DNA from: a virus
Reading direction: 5' to 3' (one strand)
IMG/VR virus record: IMGVR_UViG_3300033153_010139
Location: 32,001-96,000 of that record
Length of the DNA stretch: 64,000 bases
Shown here: positions 47,550 to 56,924 of the stretch, in pieces
Layout of the letters: every line of letters begins with the position of its first letter
Numbering within the stretch: the stretch's first letter is position 1
The notes under the pieces: model-generated
What the model saw: the letters and a program-made list of their open reading frames with translations, nothing else
Databases searched by the model: none
What the model was told of the DNA's origin: nothing
Translations under genes and position numbers: made by a program

Positions 47550-49913
47550 ATGGGCGAGCCTTACCTGAACGTTGTTGGCGTCGGAGACGCTCTGGAGTAC
47601 CTGCGTCGCGTTCCCGACAGTTCCATCGACTCGTGCGTGGCGGACGCTCCGTACGGATTGGGCACGCCGCCGATACCGCAGGAGGTCATGTTCTTCTGGA
47701 TGCGGGGCAAGGACTATAACGCCAAAGGCACCGGCTTCATGGAGGCGTCGTGGGACGCGTTCGTTCCGGGACCGCCGATCTGGAAAGAGGTCTACCGCGT
47801 TCTGAAGCCCGGCGCCTGGTGCCTGGTGTTCTTCGGCACGCGCACCTACGACTGGGGCGCGATGGCGATGCGGTTCGCCGGGTTCGAGGTGCAGGACTGC
47901 GCCTCTTGGATCTTCGGATCGGGCTTCCCCAAATCGCTGAACGTCTCGAAGGCCATCGACGCGCACCTGGTCTCCGGCTACAGCGACTCCCATGCGCTGA
48001 AGCACGCGAACGACAACGTTCGCACCGGCGAGGGCCGGGAGCGCGCGAGCACGCACAACCGCGGAATCTCAAGCCACGACGAGCGCGGCGGCAGGACCAT
48101 TCGCGACGAGCCCGCGACTGAGGACGGCAAGCGCTGGCAGGGCTGGGGCACGGCAATGAAACCGGCCCAGGAGCTTGTCGCGATGGCGCGCAAGCCGTTC
48201 GACGGTACCTACGCCGAGCACGTGCTGGAGCACGGCACGGGCGCGTTGAACATCGACGCGAGTCGCATTGCCGCCAGCGATCCGGTGAACTTCCAGTTCG
48301 GACCTTCCGAGAGCTTGGGGCATGGCTCGTTCAAGATGGCCGACTCGACGGACGCCAAACGCGCGAACACGCTGTGGGAGAACACGCAGGGGAGGTGGCC
48401 AACGAACGTCCTCTTCCAGCACCTGCCCGAGTGCCAGCTGGTCGGCACGAAACGCGTGGCGACTGGAACGGCGGTGAAGCGGAATCTGCCACCCGAGGGC
48501 GCGAGCCGGCGGGTCGGCAACAAGGCACGCACGCAACGCGGCGATGACATTACCTACGCCGACGCGGACGGCAAAGAGGCCATCGAGGAATGGGACTGCG
48601 CGCCGGGTTGCCCGGTCGGCGAGCTAGATCGGCAGAGCGGCGTCAGCAGCTCAACCGGCGGTACCGGCGAGGCCAGCAAACGAACCGCGGGCAGCGGTAG
48701 CGTCTTCCAGCGCCCGAGTAACACGGGCGGATTTGGCGATACCGGCGGCGCCAGCAGGTTCTTTCTGACGCTGCCAGCGACGGTTGACCAATCGGGTTCT
48801 TCTATGCACGATGAAGCACAGGAGACGCTATGCAACGATCGTGCGAGCAGTGCGCCGGAACGTTCGACGCCAGGCCGTCGGCAGTTGCACGAGGTTACGG
48901 GCGGTTCTGTACCAGGCAATGCGCCGGACTCGCGCGACGCGGTCGAGGGCGAGTTGACGCCTGGAGATATTTCAGCAAGCGCGATGGGCGCTGGTACCGA
49001 AAATGGCGGGAACCCGGCTCGCGGAAGCTCCGCTCCCAGCTCGAAAACCGCTGGATCTGGGAGCAAGCGCACGGCGCTATCCCCGAGGGGCACGAAGTCC
49101 ATCACCGGAACGGGCGCCAAACCGACAACACCCCCTCCAACCTCCAGCTCGTCACAGAAGCATGGCACGACAACTATCACCAGCGACGACGAGAGGCGCA
49201 CCGTAACAAGAACGGGCACGAGGAGAGACGCTGCCAGTGCTGCAAGCGATGGAAGCGCCTCAACCACTTCAGCATTCGCCGGGCCGGAACCTACCATGGC
49301 TACTGCAAGCCCTGCGCCCGCCGGAAGCTCCAAGAGTGGCGTGCCGCGAACCGAGAACACCACAACGCCTACATGCGAGCCTACCGTCGAAGACAAGCTC
49401 GCCTCTAGCCCCCGCTTCTTCTACCACGCGAAGGCGGCGAACAAGGAGCGCTGGTCCTACTGCCGCACCTGCAAGATCGCGTTCCAGCACAGTCGCGAGC
49501 GCTTCAAGGAGCACGAAGCGCACAAGGACGAGGTCATCTCGCACCCAACTCAAAAGCCGCTCAAGCTCATGGAGTACCTGGTCCGGCTGGTCACGCAACC
49601 CGGCGGCGTCGTGCTTGATCCTTTCTGTGGTACCGGATCGACGCCGGTGGCAGCCAGACGGCTCGGGCTCAACTTCGTGACCTGTGACCTGGACGAGGAC
49701 TACACGCACATCGCGCGCGCCAGGCTGGGGCAGATCGGTCGAGAGGCCGAGTCAGCGCTTACCTCCGGCGCCTACTTCTGCCCCGGCTGCAAGGCAAAGG
49801 GCGAGATCAAGCTGATCGCCCGGGAGGCCGTAGAGCGCATGCGCAAGCGCGGCAAGAAGACGACCTGCGTGAAGTGCATGGAGCGATACACCTACGAGGA
49901 GCTGGTCACGTGA
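47550..49913 (+). CDS. DNA methyltransferase (N6/N4, beta class) with ~210-aa insertion
   Basis: DAPYG (motif IV variant), RVLKPG, GSGFPKS, GWGTAMKPA, GRWPTN, HPTQKP and DPFCGTGST. Confidence 0.9.
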   Translation: MGEPYLNVVGVGDALEYLRRVPDSSIDSCVADAPYGLGTPPIPQEVMFFWMRGKDYNAKGTGFMEASWDAFVPGPPIWKEVYRVLKPGAWCLVFFGTRTYDWGAMAMRFAGFEVQDCASWIFGSGFPKSLNVSKAIDAHLVSGYSDSHALKHANDNVRTGEGRERASTHNRGISSHDERGGRTIRDEPATEDGKRWQGWGTAMKPAQELVAMARKPFDGTYAEHVLEHGTGALNIDASRIAASDPVNFQFGPSESLGHGSFKMADSTDAKRANTLWENTQGRWPTNVLFQHLPECQLVGTKRVATGTAVKRNLPPEGASRRVGNKARTQRGDDITYADADGKEAIEEWDCAPGCPVGELDRQSGVSSSTGGTGEASKRTAGSGSVFQRPSNTGGFGDTGGASRFFLTLPATVDQSGSSMHDEAQETLCNDRASSAPERSTPGRRQLHEVTGGSVPGNAPDSRDAVEGELTPGDISASAMGAGTENGGNPARGSSAPSSKTAGSGSKRTALSPRGTKSITGTGAKPTTPPPTSSSSQKHGTTTITSDDERRTVTRTGTRRDAASAASDGSASTTSAFAGPEPTMATASPAPAGSSKSGVPRTENTTTPTCEPTVEDKLASSPRFFYHAKAANKERWSYCRTCKIAFQHSRERFKEHEAHKDEVISHPTQKPLKLMEYLVRLVTQPGGVVLDPFCGTGSTPVAARRLGLNFVTCDLDEDYTHIARARLGQIGREAESALTSGAYFCPGCKAKGEIKLIAREAVERMRKRGKKTTCVKCMERYTYEELVT
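48830..49408 (+). CDS. HNH endonuclease nested out of frame inside the methyltransferase gene
   Basis: Own AGGAG RBS; CEQC..RFCTRQC zinc finger; HGAIPEGHEVHHRNG..TDN..SNLQLV...H HNH; C-terminal CQCC/YCKPC. Confidence 0.85.
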   Translation: MQRSCEQCAGTFDARPSAVARGYGRFCTRQCAGLARRGRGRVDAWRYFSKRDGRWYRKWREPGSRKLRSQLENRWIWEQAHGAIPEGHEVHHRNGRQTDNTPSNLQLVTEAWHDNYHQRRREAHRNKNGHEERRCQCCKRWKRLNHFSIRRAGTYHGYCKPCARRKLQEWRAANREHHNAYMRAYRRRQARL

Positions 49914-50101
49914 GGCTGCGGTGTGAGGGTTGCGGTACGGAGAACTCCTACAGCGGGTGGCACGAGCATGGGACGCTGCCGGGCGCCGTACTCTGCACAT
50001 GCTGCCACTACGCGAGCTGGCCGGAACCGTGCCCGTGCGGCGACTGCGGACCGGCGAACGCCATCGACGCTCTTGGCGATCTTGTGAGGACCGGCGCGTG
50101 A
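49910..50101 (+). CDS. Small Cys-rich protein, tag NAIDALGDLV
   Basis: GTGA coupling on both sides. Confidence 0.6.
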   Translation: MRLRCEGCGTENSYSGWHEHGTLPGAVLCTCCHYASWPEPCPCGDCGPANAIDALGDLVRTGA

Positions 50102-50865
50102 GGAAGCGGACAGAGGCTCAACGGACCGAGGCGCTTGAGACGGGGATTTACCACGGCAATGCTCTGCAGCTCCTCAAGCACCTGCCGCCGAACAGCATCG
50201 ATCTGTTGCTTACGGACCCCCCGTACAACACGTCCAAGGCGAACAACTTCCACACGATGGGCCGCACCGGCATCAACTTCTCGTGGGACGGCGGCTTCGA
50301 CCAGGTCACGTGGCTGCGGCTCGCCGACCCGGCGCTCAGGCCCGGCGCCAACGTGGTGATCTGGAACGACTGGAAAAACCTCGGGCTGATCGCCGCCGCG
50401 CTGGAGCAGCTGGGCTACGACATCAAGCGCGACATTTCCTGGTGGAAGAGTAATCCGATGCCGCGCAACATCAGGCGGTCGATGGTCCAGCGAAACGAGC
50501 ACGGCTTTTGGGCCGTGAAGCGAGGAGCTAAGTGGACCTTCAACCCGGAGCCCGGTCGGCCATACGAAGACGGCGTGTATCGCTACCCGATCCCGCGCGG
50601 ATCTTCCGGCGCGGGCCGCGAACGGCACGAGACGAAAAAACCGGACGACATGTTCCGGGCGATCATCCGACTCTTGAGCAACCCGCTCGACCGGGTGCTT
50701 GATCCGTTCGTCGGCGGTGGCACAGCCGCGTACGCGGCAGAGGCCGAAGGGCGCAGACACATCAGCTTTGAGCTTTCGGCGAAGTGGTACGCCGAGGCGC
50801 GCATACACCTGCTGGGGGCTCCGTCGGTTTCGGCGGTAGACCAGCTCGCTCAGATCGCACTGTAG
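50098..50865 (+). CDS. DNA methyltransferase (beta class), C-terminal tag SAVDQLAQIAL
   Basis: TDPPY, H.TKKP and LDPFVGGGT. Confidence 0.9.
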   Translation: MRKRTEAQRTEALETGIYHGNALQLLKHLPPNSIDLLLTDPPYNTSKANNFHTMGRTGINFSWDGGFDQVTWLRLADPALRPGANVVIWNDWKNLGLIAAALEQLGYDIKRDISWWKSNPMPRNIRRSMVQRNEHGFWAVKRGAKWTFNPEPGRPYEDGVYRYPIPRGSSGAGRERHETKKPDDMFRAIIRLLSNPLDRVLDPFVGGGTAAYAAEAEGRRHISFELSAKWYAEARIHLLGAPSVSAVDQLAQIAL

Positions 50866-50876
50866 AGGCACCATCC

Positions 50877-51614
50877 GTGGACAACAACCGCCAGCTCATT
50901 CAGGAAATCGACATCAACGCCGTCATGGCGGCACTCCCCCATCTGCGCGATGCCCGTGGCAAGTTCATCGGTATCGAGGCCAACATCGGCGCTGGAAAAA
51001 CAGAGGCTTGCAACATGCTCTCGCGCATCCGGCAGGCGCACGACGGGCCGGCGATGGTCCTGTTCGAGCCGCTCATGGGCCGGTTCAAGGAGCTGCTCGG
51101 GCGCTACTACCAGGACCCGGCGCGCTGGGGTTTCACCTTCCAGATGCACGCGCTGCAAGCGCGGTTCCGGCAGCACACGCTCGCGGCCGAGCTGACCGCC
51201 AACGGCATCGACGTGGTGCAGGACCGCACGATCTACGCTGACGGGTGCTTCGGCATGACGGTCCGCGAAGACCACAACATGGACGAGGAGGAGTGGGGGA
51301 TCTACGCCGACACGTTCGGGTGCATGAAGCGCAACCTGCGCTACCCGGACATCATCGTCTACCTCCGCACCGACCCCGAGACCTGCCATACGCGCATGAA
51401 GCGCCGCGCCCGTAGCGAGGAGGCTGGCGTGCCGCTCGACTACTTGCGGAGGATCCACGACAAGCACGAGATGCTGGCCGCAGCGATGTCGCGCTACACG
51501 CGCGTTCTCATCGCGGACTGGGATGAGTACGGCGACATCGAGTCGCTGAACAGTAAGATCAACCGCGTCCTTCAGGAAGACCGACCTTTTCTTCGCGACT
51601 GGAACGGCGTATAG
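50877..51614 (+). CDS. Deoxynucleoside kinase (dNK family)
   Basis: IGIEANIGAGKT P-loop, EP, YYQDP.RW.F.FQ, DRTIY.D and R.R.EE lid. Confidence 0.9.
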   Translation: MDNNRQLIQEIDINAVMAALPHLRDARGKFIGIEANIGAGKTEACNMLSRIRQAHDGPAMVLFEPLMGRFKELLGRYYQDPARWGFTFQMHALQARFRQHTLAAELTANGIDVVQDRTIYADGCFGMTVREDHNMDEEEWGIYADTFGCMKRNLRYPDIIVYLRTDPETCHTRMKRRARSEEAGVPLDYLRRIHDKHEMLAAAMSRYTRVLIADWDEYGDIESLNSKINRVLQEDRPFLRDWNGV

Positions 51615-51623
51615 GAGGCCGAG

Positions 51624-52193
51624 ATGACCACGATCGTCCGCGGCGGGCACGTTCCCGTCATCTTCACCTACCGACGCGTGACGAAGCGCCCGGAGATCAA
51701 GAGAAGCAAGAGCTTCATCGGCTGGAAGCGTATTGTCGGAACGCTCGTGCACCGGGCGCTCGAATGGGTCGAGGACTTGGCCTACGAGGCCAACGACGAG
51801 GTGCTCGACGCCGGGCGCGAAGAGTCTGTTCACTGGGCGCTGCAGGTCGATGACCCCTGGGGCCCGCACGAGAACGGGCAGCTGGTCGTGACCCGCGTCC
51901 CGGAGAATTTCCGCGGCGGCATGAACTTCGAGATGATCAGGATCGAGGAGCCGCAGACGGAGCAGGAGCAGGACGAGCGCGCCCGACGGCCCGCCAACTT
52001 CGAGCAGGCGCGCTCGCGCATGCGCGACATGATCCAGCGCGAGCAGCAGTTCGTGCCGCCACCGCCGCCTCAGCAGCCGCAGCCGCAGCGGCCGGAATTC
52101 GAGCAGCGGTTCGTGCAGCCGCCGCAGCAGGTACCGCAGTCTCCCGGCTTTGCCCCGCCGGCGCCGGGCGGCGACGGCAACGGGCGCTCGTGA
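51624..52193 (+). CDS. Hypothetical protein with Pro/Gln-rich tail
   Basis: AGGAGG RBS. Confidence 0.6.
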   Translation: MTTIVRGGHVPVIFTYRRVTKRPEIKRSKSFIGWKRIVGTLVHRALEWVEDLAYEANDEVLDAGREESVHWALQVDDPWGPHENGQLVVTRVPENFRGGMNFEMIRIEEPQTEQEQDERARRPANFEQARSRMRDMIQREQQFVPPPPPQQPQPQRPEFEQRFVQPPQQVPQSPGFAPPAPGGDGNGRS

Positions 52194-52816
52194 GCCTGCG
52201 CAAGCTCCTTGTCGTCTTCGCCGGTCCCACCCACGCCGAGAAGTCCACCGGCGCCATCCAGGCAGCTGGCAGACTCAAGCGGCTCGGCAAGCGCGTGGTC
52301 CTGATCCGGCCCACGCAATCGATCAGGCCGCTCGACCCGAAGGACCCGGACCCGACGGAAGGGGATCGGCCGGGGGCGCTCGTCACCAAGCGCGACGAGG
52401 AATGGCCCAGCATCGATCTTGAGTCGGCCGCCGACATCGTCGCGGCGTTCGAGGCGAGTGGTGGTGACGTGCTCTGGCTCGACGAGCCGGGACTTTGGCC
52501 GGACGACCACCTGGCCATCCCCGCTGTTCGGCAGATCCGGCAGCGCGCGGACGTCATCGTCTCGACCATCGTGACCGACTCCGAGGGCGAGCCGTTCCGC
52601 ACGGCCCCGCCGTGGCTCTGGGCCGCCGCGGACGTGCCCTCCTGGCGCAAGGCCGACTGTGACGCCTGCGCGTCGTTCGGCACCGCGACCCGCTCGGTCT
52701 ACATCGGCGATGCGCCCAAGGTCGGCCAGGTGAAGGTCGGGGGCGTCTCGGACTACGCCGCCTTCTGCCCCAACTGCGACATTCGTCGCGCAAGGGCCTG
52801 CGCACAGGCCGTTTAG
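52190..52816 (+). CDS. tdk: Thymidine kinase-like protein (type II, divergent)
   Basis: GPTHAEKST, LDE, D..GEPF and zinc site C..C...ATRS...VGG..DY.A.C..C. Confidence 0.7.
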   Translation: MSLRKLLVVFAGPTHAEKSTGAIQAAGRLKRLGKRVVLIRPTQSIRPLDPKDPDPTEGDRPGALVTKRDEEWPSIDLESAADIVAAFEASGGDVLWLDEPGLWPDDHLAIPAVRQIRQRADVIVSTIVTDSEGEPFRTAPPWLWAAADVPSWRKADCDACASFGTATRSVYIGDAPKVGQVKVGGVSDYAAFCPNCDIRRARACAQAV

Positions 52817-52833
52817 GGCAATCTGATTTTGGG

Positions 52834-52870
52834 GTGTAGAACTTCCGGCCAGCGTTGTTGGCGGGGTTGG
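52834..52870 (+). repeat. GTGTAGAACTT..GCCAGCGTTGTTGGCG element, copy 3
   Basis: 36 of 37 bases identical to 41366-41402. Confidence 0.85.
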
Positions 52871-52911
52871 AGGGCTGAAATGGTCAGCTCGACAACCGAC
52901 CCGGAGAAGCC

Positions 52912-52920
52912 GGGTAGAAC
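52912..52920 (+). promoter_or_regulatory. GGGTAGAAC promoter-like motif
   Basis: 24 nt upstream of ATG 52945. Confidence 0.55.
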
Positions 52921-52944
52921 AACAACCGGAAGGAGGCCCCACTC

Positions 52945-54075
52945 ATGAGCGGCTTCAACGATCTTGCCGAGCTGATTTGCGAGGACACCCCCGAGGAGGT
53001 GCCCGTATTCCTGAAGGGCCCGCCCGGGATCGGGAAGTCGGCGCTCTGTCAGGCCGTGTCGGCCGCCTTCGCCAAGAAGGCCGAGGCCGCGAACCGGACG
53101 TTCGCGTTCGATCGCTGGGAGCTGACGGTGCACCAGCCCGAGGATCTCTCGGGAATCCCGTTCGCCCACGACGGTTGGATGCGGTTCTGCCCGCCCGAGA
53201 GGCTGGCCCCGTTCTGCGCCGGCTCCGGCGTGAACGGCACCGACCCAATCGGTTGCCTGGTCTTCGAGGACGTCACTCACGCGAGCCAGGCCGTCAAGAA
53301 CGGCATGCTGCAGCTCGTGCAAGAGCGCACGCTCGGTGCCCTGGTCCTGTCGCCAGACATCCGCATTCTCATGACGGGCAACCGCACGAGCGACAAGGCC
53401 GGCGCTCGTGACCTGCTGTCGGCGTTGAAGAATCGCGTTCTCGTTCTCGACCTCCAGCCGAATCTCGAAGAGTGGATGCTCTGGGCCGGCTCGCGCGGGC
53501 TCCCCTCGGTGATCGGTGGGTTCCTGAGCTGGAAGCCAGGATCGTTCTCGACGCTGCCCAACAGCGAGTGCAAGGAGAACGGCCAGTTCGCCACGCCCCG
53601 GAGCTGGGCCAACGTCGGGGCCTGCTACAACAAGGTCTTCCGCAACGGCAGCACGGCCGCGGCTTACAGCAAGCTGCTCCTGCAGACGTCGGGGCTGATC
53701 GGTCAGGGGCACGCGCACGAGTTCGTGGCCTTCGTCCGGCTCAAGGAGGAGTACCCCGACCCCAAGAAGATCCTGGACGACCCCGAGAACGCGCTGCCCA
53801 AGCCGCCGACCGAGGCCGACCGGGTGATCGCGCTCGTCACGGCGCTCGGCGACTACTCCGCGCACCACCAGGAGAAGGACAAGGCGATCTACCTCAAGCT
53901 GCTGCTGGCGCTCTCGCACGTCTCCGGCAAGAACCGCGAAGGCTGCGCCGCAGGCGTCTCGGTCTTCCAGGCGTGCGGCGGCGATGTCGCCAAGCTCGTG
54001 GACGCTGCCGACAAGAACAAGAAGGATGGCCGGGTTCTGGCGGTGCTGAAGTTCTTCGCCGAGGCGACCAAGTGA
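52945..54075 (+). CDS. MoxR-like AAA+ ATPase
   Basis: GPPGIGKS, DL.G.P, LVFED (atypical Walker B), TGNR..D, AL.NR and FATPRSW. Confidence 0.9.
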   Translation: MSGFNDLAELICEDTPEEVPVFLKGPPGIGKSALCQAVSAAFAKKAEAANRTFAFDRWELTVHQPEDLSGIPFAHDGWMRFCPPERLAPFCAGSGVNGTDPIGCLVFEDVTHASQAVKNGMLQLVQERTLGALVLSPDIRILMTGNRTSDKAGARDLLSALKNRVLVLDLQPNLEEWMLWAGSRGLPSVIGGFLSWKPGSFSTLPNSECKENGQFATPRSWANVGACYNKVFRNGSTAAAYSKLLLQTSGLIGQGHAHEFVAFVRLKEEYPDPKKILDDPENALPKPPTEADRVIALVTALGDYSAHHQEKDKAIYLKLLLALSHVSGKNREGCAAGVSVFQACGGDVAKLVDAADKNKKDGRVLAVLKFFAEATK

Positions 54076-55361
54076 GCGCCAAGGCCAAGCCGGCGCTCGA
54101 CGTTCGCTACGAGGTGGGTCTGGCGCGCACGCGGTGCGTCGCGCGCCTCCCCCTGATCGGGCGGATCGTCATGCAGATGGCGCCTCGGGCCGCACGGCCC
54201 GAGGACGGGGTTTCGACGGCGGCGATCTCCCCCGACGGAACGGCGATCTTCAACCCCGACTACCTGGCGACGCTGAACAACAAGCAGCGGGCCGGCGTAG
54301 TTGCGCATGAGGCGTTCCACCCGGCGCTGCTGTTCTGGCAGCGCAAGGGTACGCGCAACATGCTGCTCGCGAACATCGCGCACGACCTGGTGATCAACCC
54401 CTACATCGAGGAGCTGTCCTGCGGCGAGATCGAGTTGCCGCCCGGCGCGTTGCTCGACCCCAAGTTCTACGGCATGGCGATGGAGGAGGTCTACACCTAC
54501 CTCCAGAGGGGCGACCCGAACACGCCCGGAATGACCAACGTCAAGTGCAAGGGCGGCGGCGAGATCACCGTGGACACCACGTCCGGCGGCGATCCCGGCG
54601 GCGACGGCAGCGGCATGGGCGGGAGCCTGTGGGGCGACTGCCGTCCCGACCTGTCCGACAGCAAGGACGGCAAGAAGGCCGCGAAGGGCGACGCGTCAGC
54701 GCAGAAGAAGCTCGAAGGCCAGTGGAAGATGGCGCTCGCCGAAGCGGTGCAGCAGCACGAGGCTCGCAAGAGCCAAGGCAGGCTGCCGGCCGGACTCAAG
54801 CGCTACATCGACGAGCTGCTCCACCCCCAGCTCGACTGGACCGAGGAGCTGGCGCGCTGGTGCGGTGACAACGGGAAGCGCGAGAACTACTCGTTCCGGC
54901 GCCCGCACCGTTGGTCCTGCTCGCTCGGCACCGTGCTCCCCAGCCAGTGCCTCGGCGGATTCGCTGACGTCGTGTTCCTGCTCGACACGTCCGGCTCCAT
55001 GAGCAAGCACGAGATCAGCCGCGGCATGTCCGAGTGCGGTGGAATCCTCGAAGCCATGGGGTCCGAGATCCGCGTGTTGATCTGCGACGCTGACGTGCAC
55101 GTGGACATGACCATCGAAGACGCGCTCGACGTCGAGATCAAGGGCGGCGGGGGGTCCAACTTCATCCCGGCCTTCGATCTGCTCGAAGAGAGCGGCTTCG
55201 ACGGCGCGGTAATCGCCTTCACCGACGGAATGATCAGCGTGCCCCACGAGAAGCCGCCCTCCCTGAAGGGCTGCCTGTGGGTCACCACCGGCGACTACGA
55301 TCCGCCGAGCGAAGGCGAATGGGGCGAGCACATCAAGATGCCGCCGGAGACCGACCAGTGA
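54072..55361 (+). CDS. DUF2201-type metallopeptidase-vWA protein
   Basis: AHEAFH (HExxH), NIAHD..IN, DTSGSM MIDAS, GGGGS.F and FTDG. Confidence 0.88.
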   Translation: MSAKAKPALDVRYEVGLARTRCVARLPLIGRIVMQMAPRAARPEDGVSTAAISPDGTAIFNPDYLATLNNKQRAGVVAHEAFHPALLFWQRKGTRNMLLANIAHDLVINPYIEELSCGEIELPPGALLDPKFYGMAMEEVYTYLQRGDPNTPGMTNVKCKGGGEITVDTTSGGDPGGDGSGMGGSLWGDCRPDLSDSKDGKKAAKGDASAQKKLEGQWKMALAEAVQQHEARKSQGRLPAGLKRYIDELLHPQLDWTEELARWCGDNGKRENYSFRRPHRWSCSLGTVLPSQCLGGFADVVFLLDTSGSMSKHEISRGMSECGGILEAMGSEIRVLICDADVHVDMTIEDALDVEIKGGGGSNFIPAFDLLEESGFDGAVIAFTDGMISVPHEKPPSLKGCLWVTTGDYDPPSEGEWGEHIKMPPETDQ

Positions 55362-55675
55362 GCGAGTGGGCGCCGGGCGACAGGGTAGCGGCCAAGCACG
55401 ACTGCATCGGGCTCTACGCTCCCTACAGCGACGACCGGCGCTTCGAGATCGGCAACGTCAACACGTCCTACCCGGCGAGGCGCGGCGACACGGGCACAGT
55501 GGTCGAGTGGGCCCAGGGCTACTCCAAGGCCGGACCGACCGGGCACCCGAACGACATGTGGCGAGTCCGCTTCGAGATCCACGGGCTGTGGGCCGTCGGC
55601 CGGAACGGCATTAGGCCGGTGACCAAGCTCGAACGCCAGGGATACCGAACACCGCGGGGAGCGCGCGGTGCCTGA
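55358..55675 (+). CDS. Small SH3-like hypothetical protein
   Basis: GDRV...GDTGTVVE...WRVRFE pattern. Confidence 0.5.
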   Translation: MSEWAPGDRVAAKHDCIGLYAPYSDDRRFEIGNVNTSYPARRGDTGTVVEWAQGYSKAGPTGHPNDMWRVRFEIHGLWAVGRNGIRPVTKLERQGYRTPRGARGA

Positions 55676-55919
55676 GCTGGAAGGAACCCACATCCGCTTT
55701 GTCTCGGCGCCGCCCAAGCCCAAGACGGCGGTCTGGTGGGTAGTGAACAAGCACGACGACGTTCAACTCGGATGCGTGGGCTGGTTTGGCAGGTGGCGCA
55801 AGTACGCCTTCTACCCCAAGCCGGACACGGTCTACGAGCAGGTCTGTCTGCGGGAAATCGCGGACTTCTGCGAAACCGCTACCCGGGAGCACAGGAAGAG
55901 GTCCAGTGACGAAGCGTAA
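55668..55919 (+). CDS. Small phage hypothetical protein
   Basis: LG.V.W...WRKY.F.P...TVY...CL.EIA.F; coupled to neighbours. Confidence 0.65.
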   Translation: MPELEGTHIRFVSAPPKPKTAVWWVVNKHDDVQLGCVGWFGRWRKYAFYPKPDTVYEQVCLREIADFCETATREHRKRSSDEA

Positions 55920-56679
55920 GACTGGCACGCGCGAATGGGCGGCCAGGAATTTGAACATCGCCACAGGGTGTTCGCACGACTGCAGATATTGCTACGCCCG
56001 CCACGACGCCGTCAAACGCTTCAAGCGGATTGAACCGGCCGACTGGACGACCATGGTCGTGGACCAGGCGCGCGTCGCCAAGGGCTACGGCAAGCGCAAG
56101 AACGAAGACGACTCCGTCTACGACATCATGTTTCCGACGGCTCATGATGTTACGCCCGAGATCGTGGGCGACTGCATCACCGTGCTCAAGAAGGTGCTGG
56201 ACGCCGGCAACACCGTGCTGATCGTGACCAAGCCGCACCTGGCGTGCGTGGCCAAGATGATCAGCGCGCTCGGCCAGTGGAAGGCGCAGGTGGCCTTCCG
56301 CTTCACCATCGGCGCCGACACGGACGAGATCCTGTCGGTCTGGGAGCCGGGGGCGCCGCCGTTCGCGGAGCGCCTGGCCGCACTGAAGACCGCGTTCGAT
56401 CACGGCTGGACTACGAGCGTCAGCGCCGAGCCCATGCTCGACCCGGCGAACGTCGATCGGCTCGTGAACCAGCTGCTCCCGTTCGTCAACGAGACCTTGT
56501 GGCTCGGCAAGATGAACAAGATCCGCTCACGCTGTACGGGCTTGCCCGAGTCAGCGCTGACCGCGCTGGAAGCCGAATACACCGACGACAAGATCCTGCA
56601 GATCGTCGATCGCTGGGACGGCACGCCGCAGATCGAGTGGAAGGATTCGATCAAGCAGGTGATCGAGGCGCGGGGGTGA
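55906..56679 (+). CDS. Radical SAM protein (DUF5131/gp37gp68-like)
   Basis: GCSHDCRYCYA CxxxCxxC motif, LIVTK and S.EP.L. Confidence 0.85.
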   Translation: MTKRKTGTREWAARNLNIATGCSHDCRYCYARHDAVKRFKRIEPADWTTMVVDQARVAKGYGKRKNEDDSVYDIMFPTAHDVTPEIVGDCITVLKKVLDAGNTVLIVTKPHLACVAKMISALGQWKAQVAFRFTIGADTDEILSVWEPGAPPFAERLAALKTAFDHGWTTSVSAEPMLDPANVDRLVNQLLPFVNETLWLGKMNKIRSRCTGLPESALTALEAEYTDDKILQIVDRWDGTPQIEWKDSIKQVIEARG

Positions 56680-56924
56680 CCCGCGAGGAGTGCGAAGAAG
56701 GCGTCGCTGTCATCGTCTCGCGCGGGTGGCTCCGAGGGCGCGTCGGGAGGATCCGCCAGGAGGGGCTTTGGGACATGGAGACCACCGTGTGGGTCTACTT
56801 CTCCGACTGCGCGGTGAACATCCAGCCCAAGCGGTTGGCCTTCGCGTCTGCGGTAGACCTGTTAGCGGACGTGGCCCGACGGTGGCCGCACGTGCGGGGC
56901 ACCATACGGTTGGCGGTGTCGTGA
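56676..56924 (+). CDS. Small KOW/SH3-like protein with tag SAVDLLADVA
   Basis: GTGA coupling; G..V.V..G..RG..G.I pattern. Confidence 0.6.
   Translation: MTREECEEGVAVIVSRGWLRGRVGRIRQEGLWDMETTVWVYFSDCAVNIQPKRLAFASAVDLLADVARRWPHVRGTIRLAVS

Noticed and set aside
48765-49425. Group I intron or intein carrying the HNH
   Set aside because: Almost no non-coding flank for a ribozyme core, no C/S...HN intein ends, and the HNH is out of frame with the host gene.
41248-52870. CRISPR array from the 30-37 bp repeats
   Set aside because: Only three dispersed copies, one inverted, with no regular spacers and no cas genes.
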